From NCBI GenBank assembly GCA_965203315.1, contig OZ241857.1, positions 1,024,001 to 1,088,000 of the forward strand: a DNA stretch of 64,000 bases, given 5' to 3'. This document shows positions 30,386 through 40,000 of the stretch, piece by piece. The number at the start of each line of letters is the position of its first letter. The first letter of the stretch is position 1. The stretch is from Nitrosopumilus sp. Lineage in GTDB: Archaea; Thermoproteota; Nitrososphaeria; Nitrososphaerales; Nitrosopumilaceae. The translations under genes were made by a program, and so were the position numbers. The notes beneath the pieces were generated by a model, which worked only from the letters and a program-made list of their open reading frames with translations, did not search any database and was not told the origin of the DNA.

Positions 30386-30458
30386 TTGGGAATGAGGAGA
30401 TAGCACGCCGCTCCAGTCTGAGCTGACGCCATGAAGAACCCGCGACGACCCGACCCGA
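30386..30458 (+). ncRNA. Box C/D sRNA candidate (predicted guide for the 23S rRNA Gm2251 equivalent)
   Basis: Terminal stem TTGGG/CCCGA, C ATGAGGA (30392), D' CTGA (30418), C' ATGAAGA (30431), D CCGA (30450). GC-rich island in an AT-rich spacer. Confidence 0.75.
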
Positions 30459-30479
30459 AATATATTAAATAACATGCAT

Positions 30480-30890
30480 ATGCCAAAACGATCTCTAGTC
30501 TTATCCTACGATAAACTAGATGTTCATAATCAGAGATTCATCACTGATGTGATTGATAGGAGATTTTTTGTACCTGTGCTAGATGTCGATATATAGATAA
30601 ACCCATTGCGATTAACAGTTCATACCATAGTCACGGAGATAAAATCATGTTTATTATTTATCGAACAGGAATGTTATTGATCAGTAGACAAAGTTGACAG
30701 TGGTAAAAGTGTTAGGCATATAGTAAATCATGTAAAGTGTGAATTTGTTTCTGTCACGGACTTGCAGATATTGAGTATTCCTCATATCATTAAAGCAATA
30801 GATCAAATGAGTCTCGGATTTAACATCCCATGTAAAAATAACATGTTATACCATTCTCTTCAGATATGTCAAAGACAAATCATCAGTTAG
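30480..30890 (+). pseudogene. Possible decayed gene
   Basis: A ~136-codon frame from MPKRSLVLSYD with only two internal stops in AT-rich DNA. Confidence 0.3.
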
Positions 30891-31266
30891 TAGAGTTGGC
30901 AAAATATTCAACAGTTGATATTTTGTATAAAACAATTGCGTATGATAGCTACGGACTGTATTTATTATATCGATGAATAAACCAAGTGATGTCTAAATTC
31001 ATAATCCACGTTTTTTGTTATAACATGACTCAGCCGTTGATAACGAGTCACATAGATGGCAAAACTAGTGAGAATATACCATATGGGAAACGATCTTATG
31101 GTAAACTGCCAAACATGCACGAAGATTGTAAGTTTGGTGACATAAAGCATGAAAATAATGACAAATTAGTTTGTGCACATGTAGACAACAACACTCAGAC
31201 AACAAGTAGAAGAGTCACAAGATGGCAAAAGATGCAACTCATGAGAATTAATACTTTTGACACATT

Positions 31267-32097
31267 ATGAATCTCCGAGTCATAGTATCAATAGTAATAG
31301 TATCATCCATTCTGATTGTAATTAGCCCCACAGTGTACAATTATTATGCATATACACTACCCATGAAAGATATATTGATTGATCACTATCCAATAGACTT
31401 TCATTATTCAAATGCAGACGGAAAACATGGCACCTATGGAGTTGTTAAACTAGTTACACTTTTAGAAGATGGATCAATTGATGTGGAGTTTGGACCAAAC
31501 GAATTCTATTTAGATTTTGGAGTACCGAATTTCACACATACTGAAAATATTAAAGTAGGTCAGACATTTGTGGTGTTGTGCCAATATTTTTATGATTATA
31601 CAGACGCACGTATAACGTCTAGTTTTGAAGAGTTATTAAAAGACAGAGATAAAACACCTCAAAAGATCAAGGTAAATCTCAATAAAGAATTCTTTAAAAC
31701 TGAATGCAAAGACAATTTTGATAGACGCACATGTGAGGAACTTTCTCTTATGTTTTACGACTCAAAGCAAGATAACATCACACAAGAGGTAATAGTCGAT
31801 ACGAGACCGTATTTAGATCAAGTATTTTATGACAAACCTTTCATAAGTATTTTAAAATATATGGGACTAGGTGATCGAGACGGGGTACCAGTTCATGTAT
31901 TTGTTCATGCAGATGGATTTCTTAAAAGCAGACTATCATGCAACTATCCACAGATAATTGAATACTCTATTGACTTGATTGATTTAGAGATCCCAGATTG
32001 GTTCATCTGTACATACACGAGTCTACATCCTCCTAGCCTTGTCCTAAACGACGTTCGTAATTCCGACAGATGTGCAGTATACAACGAAGCCGAATAG
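31267..32097 (+). CDS. Membrane-anchored Cys-containing hypothetical protein
   Basis: N-terminal TM/signal segment in an AT-rich accessory region. Confidence 0.7.
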   Translation: MNLRVIVSIVIVSSILIVISPTVYNYYAYTLPMKDILIDHYPIDFHYSNADGKHGTYGVVKLVTLLEDGSIDVEFGPNEFYLDFGVPNFTHTENIKVGQTFVVLCQYFYDYTDARITSSFEELLKDRDKTPQKIKVNLNKEFFKTECKDNFDRRTCEELSLMFYDSKQDNITQEVIVDTRPYLDQVFYDKPFISILKYMGLGDRDGVPVHVFVHADGFLKSRLSCNYPQIIEYSIDLIDLEIPDWFICTYTSLHPPSLVLNDVRNSDRCAVYNEAE

Positions 32098-32160
32098 ATA
32101 GACTTGTGTGATATTGGGGCATGATAATTAATTCTAGTAATTATTTATCACGAGATACTG

Positions 32161-32277
32161 GGATCTTTTCGCTTTACATTGTATAAAAGAATTACAACAA
32201 AATCACTACAGATTCTGTAAAGAAAAATTATGGAGAAACCCTTGTGAGACACTATCTAATGCAAATCGAAGAGACCC
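32161..32277. mobile_element. MITE, family B (diverged)
   Basis: GGATCTTTTCGCTTTA...AAATCGAAGAGACC ends. Confidence 0.65.
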
Positions 32278-32402
32278 AAATACGACACATCATAGTTTTA
32301 CTTGCAGTATTTAGTTTCCATGTTGGGATTTATGTAAGAGTGTCGTAATTAAAAATGAGTGATCTACATTTATTGATTCAGAGTCAATATACAAGATGTC
32401 TT

Positions 32403-33857
32403 TCATCTAAACGACTCTACTTTAACAAACGCTGCGTCCAATCTAGCGTGTAACTCTTTATTCCACTCTTCAAACCCATTAGGATCTTGTGGATACTTGT
32501 TATAGTGATCTACAAGCCACTTGTTCTCGTTTGATGTATATCGCAATCCTTCTGCCACCGTCTTATTCATGGCACCTCGAATTATCATTTCCAACTTTGT
32601 CAGACCACTAAAGTCTGGATGCTCACCCTTGCTTATCGACTCGATATCGAGATTACCTAAAAAGTGCTTCATTCCATAACTTATCTGATCGTTGGTCATC
32701 TGTTGTACTAGTCGCCTAAAGAGTTCAAGACCCGCAGTCTTGTAGCCATACTCTTTGATAAAATCGATATTGTACTGCCATAGTCCACTCTCAGATAGAT
32801 CACCTGCCTCTAGTGCTTGTGCTATATTATTTCCTAGTATGGTTCCAGCGATTATTGCAGGTCCTATGCCTCCTGCATCTATTGGCTTTGGCATCCATGC
32901 CGAGTCACCTACTAGTACGTATCCACCAGACACCATACAGTCGTTCTGTCTACGGACTGATACTTGGAATACTCCTGAATTGTTGTCGATATCTTCGGGA
33001 TCTTGCGAGAGCCGAGGATTTGTAATGGCGTGATTTCGTGCAAGATACTCTTTCATCAGTGACTCTACATTATCACTCTTGCCGAGACGTTTGTTACGTT
33101 TATCCAAGAATGACTTTTCTACACCTAAACCAATGTTTACTTTATTGACCCCTTTTGGAAAGACCCAACCATATCCTCCAGGCGCAATATCTTGATCTAG
33201 ATGTATTATGCAATAGTTGGGATCAAAGTCTGAGAGATCTTGTTGAACTTGGTCAAAGTACATGATATATCTGCCCGTAGATTCTAGATCTCGACGATCT
33301 ATACGTCTCTCTACCTTGTCAGAGTTCTTTAACCCATTTCTCAACATAGAGGTTACTCCAGTTGCATCGACTACGACCTTGGCAGTACACTTGAATGGTT
33401 GTCTTGTACTGTTGTCTACTCCTTGTACGCCTACAACTTGGGGCCCATCATATAACAGACCAGTGAGGTTTATCTCGTATCTAAAGTCTACTCCCATGTG
33501 TCTACAGCGTTTATTTTGGATCTCTGGCAATAGTTGTCTATTCAACATGTATCCGTCGCCGTCAAAGGGAATTGATGTCTCTCTATCTGGAGATAGAGCT
33601 ATGACCCCTTGTACATCGTACTCGATCTCCGGTCTACTCCAATTCACACCTATTCTGCTCGTCATAAAGTCTACTGCCTCCTTTGAGCAGGCATCGCCAC
33701 ACACCCATCCTGCATGAGATTTACGACCAGGAGTTGTCTCGGGGTTTCGATCGATCACTAGAATTCTAGCGTTCTGACGTGAATAGTACGATATCGACTG
33801 TGTCACTATCGTTCCGGCTAGACCGCCACCTGCAACTATAACATCATAATCTGCCAT
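32403..33857 (-). CDS. Geranylgeranyl reductase-family flavoprotein
   Basis: GGGLAG FAD motif, CGDA, PGGYGWVFPKG and VGDSA..PKPIDAGGI motifs. Confidence 0.88.
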   Translation of the reverse strand: MADYDVIVAGGGLAGTIVTQSISYYSRQNARILVIDRNPETTPGRKSHAGWVCGDACSKEAVDFMTSRIGVNWSRPEIEYDVQGVIALSPDRETSIPFDGDGYMLNRQLLPEIQNKRCRHMGVDFRYEINLTGLLYDGPQVVGVQGVDNSTRQPFKCTAKVVVDATGVTSMLRNGLKNSDKVERRIDRRDLESTGRYIMYFDQVQQDLSDFDPNYCIIHLDQDIAPGGYGWVFPKGVNKVNIGLGVEKSFLDKRNKRLGKSDNVESLMKEYLARNHAITNPRLSQDPEDIDNNSGVFQVSVRRQNDCMVSGGYVLVGDSAWMPKPIDAGGIGPAIIAGTILGNNIAQALEAGDLSESGLWQYNIDFIKEYGYKTAGLELFRRLVQQMTNDQISYGMKHFLGNLDIESISKGEHPDFSGLTKLEMIIRGAMNKTVAEGLRYTSNENKWLVDHYNKYPQDPNGFEEWNKELHARLDAAFVKVESFR

Positions 33858-34217
33858 AACTTACCTTACACCATCCTCATCTGTTAGTCTGTATTTAAAA
33901 TATCATAGCATTCAGCATTACCCAAAATATCTCTTATCAACATACATCGAGATCTGTACGTGTAATTATTGTACACTAATGTACATTAATGTATAGCAAT
34001 GTATAGCAATGTATGTCATTAGCGATCTATAAGCCGCTGAGATGAACAACGAACGGCTGTTTTTGGAAGACATTGTCTTTGTATAATTCTAAAACAGATA
34101 CACAAGGATTGTAAACTGATACGAGTCACAAAATGTCTCTAGTCTCGTAATTGTCTCAACTACTAAAATGTAAAGCCATCAGAGGCTAGATCGCAAAACC
34201 TAGGAACTAGACAGAGA

Positions 34218-35057
34218 TTGAACCAAAAATATAATATTATTCATGCAACAGACACCACATACTTGACGGAAATTGTCCCATATCTAGATTGGAATAACTC
34301 GATCGACATACTAGACAAAGCATACGAGTCAAGACTCTTTGTGTTGGTCGTGGGCCCAAAGGGAACAGGCAAGACATCACTGGTGCGAGAGTTTGCAAAT
34401 ATGCATAATATACATTTACAGTCGATCAACTTTAGTTTGCGCACTCGTGAGAGTCATCTGGTTGGAACAAAGACACTAAACGAAGGAACCATAAGTTTTG
34501 ATGAAGGTCTCTTGATCAAATCTATGAGACAAGGCGATCTATTATACCTAGATGAGATAAATGCAGCAGAAGCAGATGTTCTACTACGGTTGGATGAAGC
34601 TCTAGATGACAGGCGCCAAATAGTACTAAAAGAGTCAGATGGTCAGACAGTTCATGCAGACGATGGATGGTTTGTGGTTGCGACCATAAATCCATTAACA
34701 CATAGTGGCACAAAAGAGTTGCCGCCGCAACTATTAAGTCGATTTCCAGTTAGAATAAGATTAGAATATCCACCAGAAGATATAGAGCTCGATATTGTAC
34801 GACGACACGTATCTGGACACGATGATACAATACTACAAGCCATAAAACTTGCAAACACACTGCGACAAGCAGCTGCAGTAGAAGAGCTCTATTACGCTCC
34901 CAGTCTGAGAGAGACTATTGCGTTTGGTAAACTAGTGCAACACGGAGTCAAACCTAACGATGCTGCGGTCTATATCTTTGGAAACGTATACACGCAATGG
35001 GGCACTATAGAGTATCAGAAAGCAAACGACATAATCGTATCGATGTTTGGACAATGA
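34218..35057 (+). CDS. MoxR-type AAA+ ATPase (CbbQ/NirQ/NorQ-like)
   Basis: GPKGTGKT Walker A, YLDEIN Walker B, ATINP and LLSRF motifs. Confidence 0.9.
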   Translation: MNQKYNIIHATDTTYLTEIVPYLDWNNSIDILDKAYESRLFVLVVGPKGTGKTSLVREFANMHNIHLQSINFSLRTRESHLVGTKTLNEGTISFDEGLLIKSMRQGDLLYLDEINAAEADVLLRLDEALDDRRQIVLKESDGQTVHADDGWFVVATINPLTHSGTKELPPQLLSRFPVRIRLEYPPEDIELDIVRRHVSGHDDTILQAIKLANTLRQAAAVEELYYAPSLRETIAFGKLVQHGVKPNDAAVYIFGNVYTQWGTIEYQKANDIIVSMFGQ

Positions 35058-36625
35058 ACAGCATATCACTAAGTAACGACTCGTTGATAGAGATTGCAAC
35101 CTTTCTTGCAAGACGGTGGTCTGGTAGAAATGAGTGTATGGTACAGATATCATCTAACAGTAATACTAGGGTACAGAGTAGAGATAGAATATTACTCGCT
35201 GCATTAGACAAGCGATCTGGTAATGGCTTTGAGCGATACAGACAGTTTCGAGTATCGTTGTGGTATGAAGCTATGCGATCCAAATACTGTGAAAAGGTTC
35301 TCAGTAGTGATCATGCATTCGGATTCATTCTAAACACGATGGAGACTAGACGAATTGAATCACTAGGCAGGCAGACATGGCAAGGGATGAGTGGTGAGCT
35401 GCTCTTCAACTATGCAGTCATGTTGTCATCAAGGCCTTATCTACGAGATGTATATGGTAGAGCAAGAATAGTTGAGGCATTTTATCAGTACTATATGTTT
35501 GGAGTGATAAAAGGAGAGATCCAATCGAGTCACCTAGAGCGCGTACACAAAGCAGCAGATCTCGCAACAAGACTGGTCCAAGAGTCACTAAAACAGAGTG
35601 ACACCAGATGGCTAGAACATAATACAAGCAAGATTATAAAGATACTAGATATAGACTCGCTCTTGACTATTCCTGTATCGTTACCATACATGAGATCAGG
35701 CATGGCATTAAACGAAGAAGAGTTGCGCAAGAATCTAAAGTTGATAACAAGAGATAGAGAAGACGATTGGGTCCAACTCGATCCTAATGATGTATTATCG
35801 GGTCGAGACATCTATGACGAATATACGATATTGGTAAACGAGAACAAAAAGACTCAAAATCTAGGACTAGGACAAGAGACCGTTGGAGTTCAATTACCAT
35901 CAGCACATAATGTTGACGAGACTGCAATATACGATATAGCACTGATCAGTGGACTAAAGACCAAATTCAAAGTGTGGAAGACTGGATGGAGTGAACAACA
36001 TTTAGACTCGGGTGACGAGTTTGATGAAGAGAGCTATATCGAGGGTAATGAACCATTCTTCACAGATATGAGACGAACTATTAAAACAAGGATCACCATT
36101 CTCCTAGACCACTCTTCAAGTATTGCAGCAGATGCACTAGAATACAAAAAGGCGACTCTGGCATTATGTGAGGTGTTGGCATTTCTGAGAATCGATTTCT
36201 CTGTATATGCATTTAGTACACAAGATAGAGCTGTAGTATGCTGGGTCGTAAAACCAGACAATACAAAATGGAACAGTCTTGCTGCAAAGCGACTTGCGCA
36301 GATAGTTGCAAACGGCTCTACGCCCTTGGCAGAGGTATACGACAAAATGTACGATACATTACAAGCAAGGCGACCAGACATATTTCTCACTCTTACTGAT
36401 GGTGAGCCGTCTGATCCAGATGCAGTAAGAAAGATGACAAATCAATTCAAGTCACTCGGAATAAAGATGGTGGCGATGGGTATGGGTCACAGTACAATTC
36501 GGGCAACCACAATTGCAAGCAACTTGAGACACTTGGGATATGAACGAACTGTAGCAGTAAGTAGACTAGCAGATATTCCAGACAAAGTCATGTCTATACT
36601 AGATGGACCATCTGATATTTTTTAA
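35054..36625 (+). CDS. von Willebrand factor A domain protein (MoxR partner)
   Basis: MIDAS motif LDHSSSI, GSTPL and LTDGEP. ATGA overlap with the ATPase. Confidence 0.88.
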   Translation: MNSISLSNDSLIEIATFLARRWSGRNECMVQISSNSNTRVQSRDRILLAALDKRSGNGFERYRQFRVSLWYEAMRSKYCEKVLSSDHAFGFILNTMETRRIESLGRQTWQGMSGELLFNYAVMLSSRPYLRDVYGRARIVEAFYQYYMFGVIKGEIQSSHLERVHKAADLATRLVQESLKQSDTRWLEHNTSKIIKILDIDSLLTIPVSLPYMRSGMALNEEELRKNLKLITRDREDDWVQLDPNDVLSGRDIYDEYTILVNENKKTQNLGLGQETVGVQLPSAHNVDETAIYDIALISGLKTKFKVWKTGWSEQHLDSGDEFDEESYIEGNEPFFTDMRRTIKTRITILLDHSSSIAADALEYKKATLALCEVLAFLRIDFSVYAFSTQDRAVVCWVVKPDNTKWNSLAAKRLAQIVANGSTPLAEVYDKMYDTLQARRPDIFLTLTDGEPSDPDAVRKMTNQFKSLGIKMVAMGMGHSTIRATTIASNLRHLGYERTVAVSRLADIPDKVMSILDGPSDIF

Positions 36626-36768
36626 TCACAACAAGATCAGTTCTTTTAACGAGTTGGTAACATTATGCGTAAATCTGAAAAATAAAATTACGTTTGTGTA
36701 AATTATTCGATCGTTTGATCTGTATATTTTGGAGATTTGTTGTAGACTCGACATGCACGAGTTAAAAG

Positions 36769-36884
36769 AGATCTTTTTGGTTTATGTGGAATGATATTTT
36801 ACAAGATGGTTCTCACTAAATTTTCCCTACAAAATTCCATAGTATTTTTTCTGTAAAGTTCTATCCCACATACGTCAGAGATTC
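36769..36884. mobile_element. MITE, family B
   Basis: GATCTTTTTGGTTTATGTGG...CTATCCCACATACGTCAGAGATTC. Inverted relative to the 41637 copy. Confidence 0.75.
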
Positions 36885-37011
36885 TAAAGATAGAATGTCA
36901 AAGATGTCATTTTTGTGTACATTTCAACCCAACCCTACGAATAATCAACAAGAATTGAACACTCAGATTAATGGTGGACAATTTTTGATATCACATATCT
37001 CGAATGCAAAC

Positions 37012-40000
37012 CTACTCGGTTAGCCAGCCTAGATTGATCAGGGTTCTAGTGCGAGAGTCCATGTCACCAAACTCATAGGTAAAGATGTTGTCGATCTCGG
37101 CATATGCTTTTGTCTTGTATGCATCGTATAGCGAGTCACGCAGTTCTATCATCTTTTGGGTGTGCCAGTCGAGTTTGACCTTGAATGGCGCACATATTCT
37201 GTCGTTGATGTCTGTACATACTGGAGTGGTACCTGCGTATGGTGCATATTCTACTATTACGAAATGACCAAACGAGTTGCGACTCCATGTGTTTCCAAAC
37301 GCATCAGCCCATAGATCAGAGACCTTGTCTGTACGGACTAGAATAAGATTTACTGGTCTGCCATCGTCACGAGATAGTGTCAGTCCTGGCTGTACAGTTG
37401 GTGGTGTGTTTAGTGATGGACCTTCAACAAAGACGCCTTCATTCATGTAGTTTATTGCGTTTAGTGATAACGTGTCTGTTACTTGTATTGCAAATGGTTC
37501 ATGGTTCATCACCTCACGGAACAGTACATCTGGAATGGTTACTTGGGTACATTGCAGCTCACCACCAGAGCAAGATGCAGTAGATACGATCGTACCAGTG
37601 ATGTCATAGTCTATGATGTTGTTTGGGTCATGTATAGTAACATCTGTGATATAGTGGTATGACGGTTCGCTATAGTTTATTCCAAGATTTACAGAAATGT
37701 ATGCTTCAGCTGTACTCAGTGGAGCGCCAACATTTGGTACACTAAACGCCAGTACGACATTTCTCAACAGGGTTGGTGCGTATGCCTTGAGAGCAAATGT
37801 GTGTGTTGTGTTTGTTTGGATTGTATTTCGTTCATACTGGACATGGTATGCAGTAACATCACGGCAAGTGTCGTCCATCATATAGCCACATGTTACGACT
37901 TGTTCACCGGTGTATAGCGATCTGCCAAACGTTGGTGCAAGTGTTAGATAGGTATCGTCCGAGTCACTGGGTGGAGGTGGAGGACCAGGATTAAAGTTGA
38001 TAATATGGGTAGGCATAATTATTGTACCAGCAGTTCCATAAAATCCTGTTAGTCGTTTTGTTATAATGACGATATCATCACCGTGTTTACCATAGCACAT
38101 GATATTTTTATCCTTGAGAGTATTGGTGGTCGTATCGATTATTTTATCTGTACACGCAGGAATTGGTTGAGCCTTTGTTATGTTTTCACGAGGTGAGAAA
38201 TAGTATGGATGTTCGTCTGTTTTATTGTATATGGTGAATCGCATCTCTTTGTCGGTTATGAGAGGTTTGGTAGAGTTTTTTGTGAGGTCTATGTTACATC
38301 CAGCTCTTTTGATAAAGTTTGGTCCAAACGAACCCGAGTCTGCTATCAGATTGGTAGGTACTTTAAGAGTGAGATTTCCATAATTGTTGTCTGCAATCAA
38401 AAGATTGACAGTTCTGAATTGAGCTACACACGTACTCGTTTCCGGAAACTCGTTGGGGAGTATCTTTGTATCGTTTTGTACATGCAAGTCGCCTATTCTA
38501 GTGTTCACGTGACCAGTATATCGCTCACGATCACTACCTGGTATGTATGCGCCAGGAGCAGTAGTTGGGTCAGATGTTACCGATAGGGATTTTCCATCTG
38601 GGTCTGGTTTGTCAGGAAAGTCTGATGGTGGTGCCAGTGTCAGAATATTGGTATCACGAGGGACGGTAGGTGCGTTGAGGTCCACTGGAGTTTTAGGTGG
38701 GTTGACGGTATCGGCTGCACCATAAAATCCAGTCAGTCGCTTTGTGATGATGACGATATCGTCACCGTGTATGCCATAACATATCGTATTGTTGCCTTTG
38801 AGGGTATTGGTGGTTGTATCTAGTATATCAGTTGTACACACAGGGATTGGTTGAGCCTCGGGTATTCTGTCACGTGGAGAGAAATAGTAGGGAGTTTTCT
38901 CTGCCTTGCCGTATATCGTATATCGTATCTCTTTGGTGGTTATTAACGGTAGGCTATGTACAGCTTCGGGATCTGCCGGCGTGCAGCTTGCAAAGTCTAA
39001 TCCATATGCGTGTACACTACGCAGAGGTGTTTTAGGAACTATATTATCGGGTATGGCAAATTTTGGAACCTTGTCTGTGTTTAGGGTTGCAACATGCCGT
39101 AAATCCGCATTACATCGGTAAACACCAATGCCCTTGAATAGAGGATGTACGATGTTGGTATCTTGTGCTAGATAGATATCAGCTGTGGGCTTGGTTAGAT
39201 GATCGATGAATCTGCGATCGTTGCCACCATAGTATATCTTGCCATCACTAAACTCGTCCTGGTCAAAACCTATTGCAGAGTCATCCTTTGTGTCGGTTAA
39301 TGGTGGTATAGTCAATGCCATCGCATATGTACTAGCAGATTCTGTACGTGGAGGTGCTGCATTGAGGTCTATTGGATTTGCAGGCGCGGTAATGTTATTG
39401 GCTACACCATAAAATCCAACCAGTCGTTTTGTGATAATTACAATGTCATCTCCATGTTTGCCGTAACATATGGTATTGTGACCTTTGAGTTTGTTGTTGT
39501 TTGTGTCGAGTATAGCAGTTGTACATGCAGGTATGGGTTGTGCAGCAGATATGCTGTCACGTGGAGAAAAGTAGAAAGGCTTTTTGTCTGTCTGGTTGTA
39601 TATGGTATATCGCATCTCTGTGTCGGTTATCAGTGTTTGGTTGGATACTTTACCAGGATTTGGCTTGCATTTCTTGTCAAAGCCTAGGCCGTATGCAAAG
39701 AGTTCATTCTTTTGTGTAGGAGTGATGTTATCGGGTACGACAAATTTTGGACGCGCGTTTTTGTCGAAATTTTTAACACGCTCAAAGTCCATATCACATT
39801 CATACTCACCGGTACCAGCAAACAGAGTCCGTGGGAGTGTACTAGTATCATGTTCTAGATAGATATCAGCGGTAGCTCTCTTTTTGTTACCATCATCGGT
39901 CATTCTAACAGTGTCGCCATCATAGAATAGTACGCCGTCACGTTCTGTCGTTGATTTAACGCTCAGCCCAGCATAATCTTTCTCGTCGGTTAGTGGCGGT

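Noticed and set aside
30380-30460. Minus-strand split or permuted tRNA reading (AGCTCAGACTGGAGCG, GTCGCGGGTTC)
   Set aside because: No acceptor stem or anticodon arm can be formed. The plus-strand C/D box architecture explains the sequence better.
34218-36625. MoxR/vWA pair as evidence of NO reductase or Rubisco
   Set aside because: No norBC or cbbLS nearby. This generic chaperone pair is common in these archaea.
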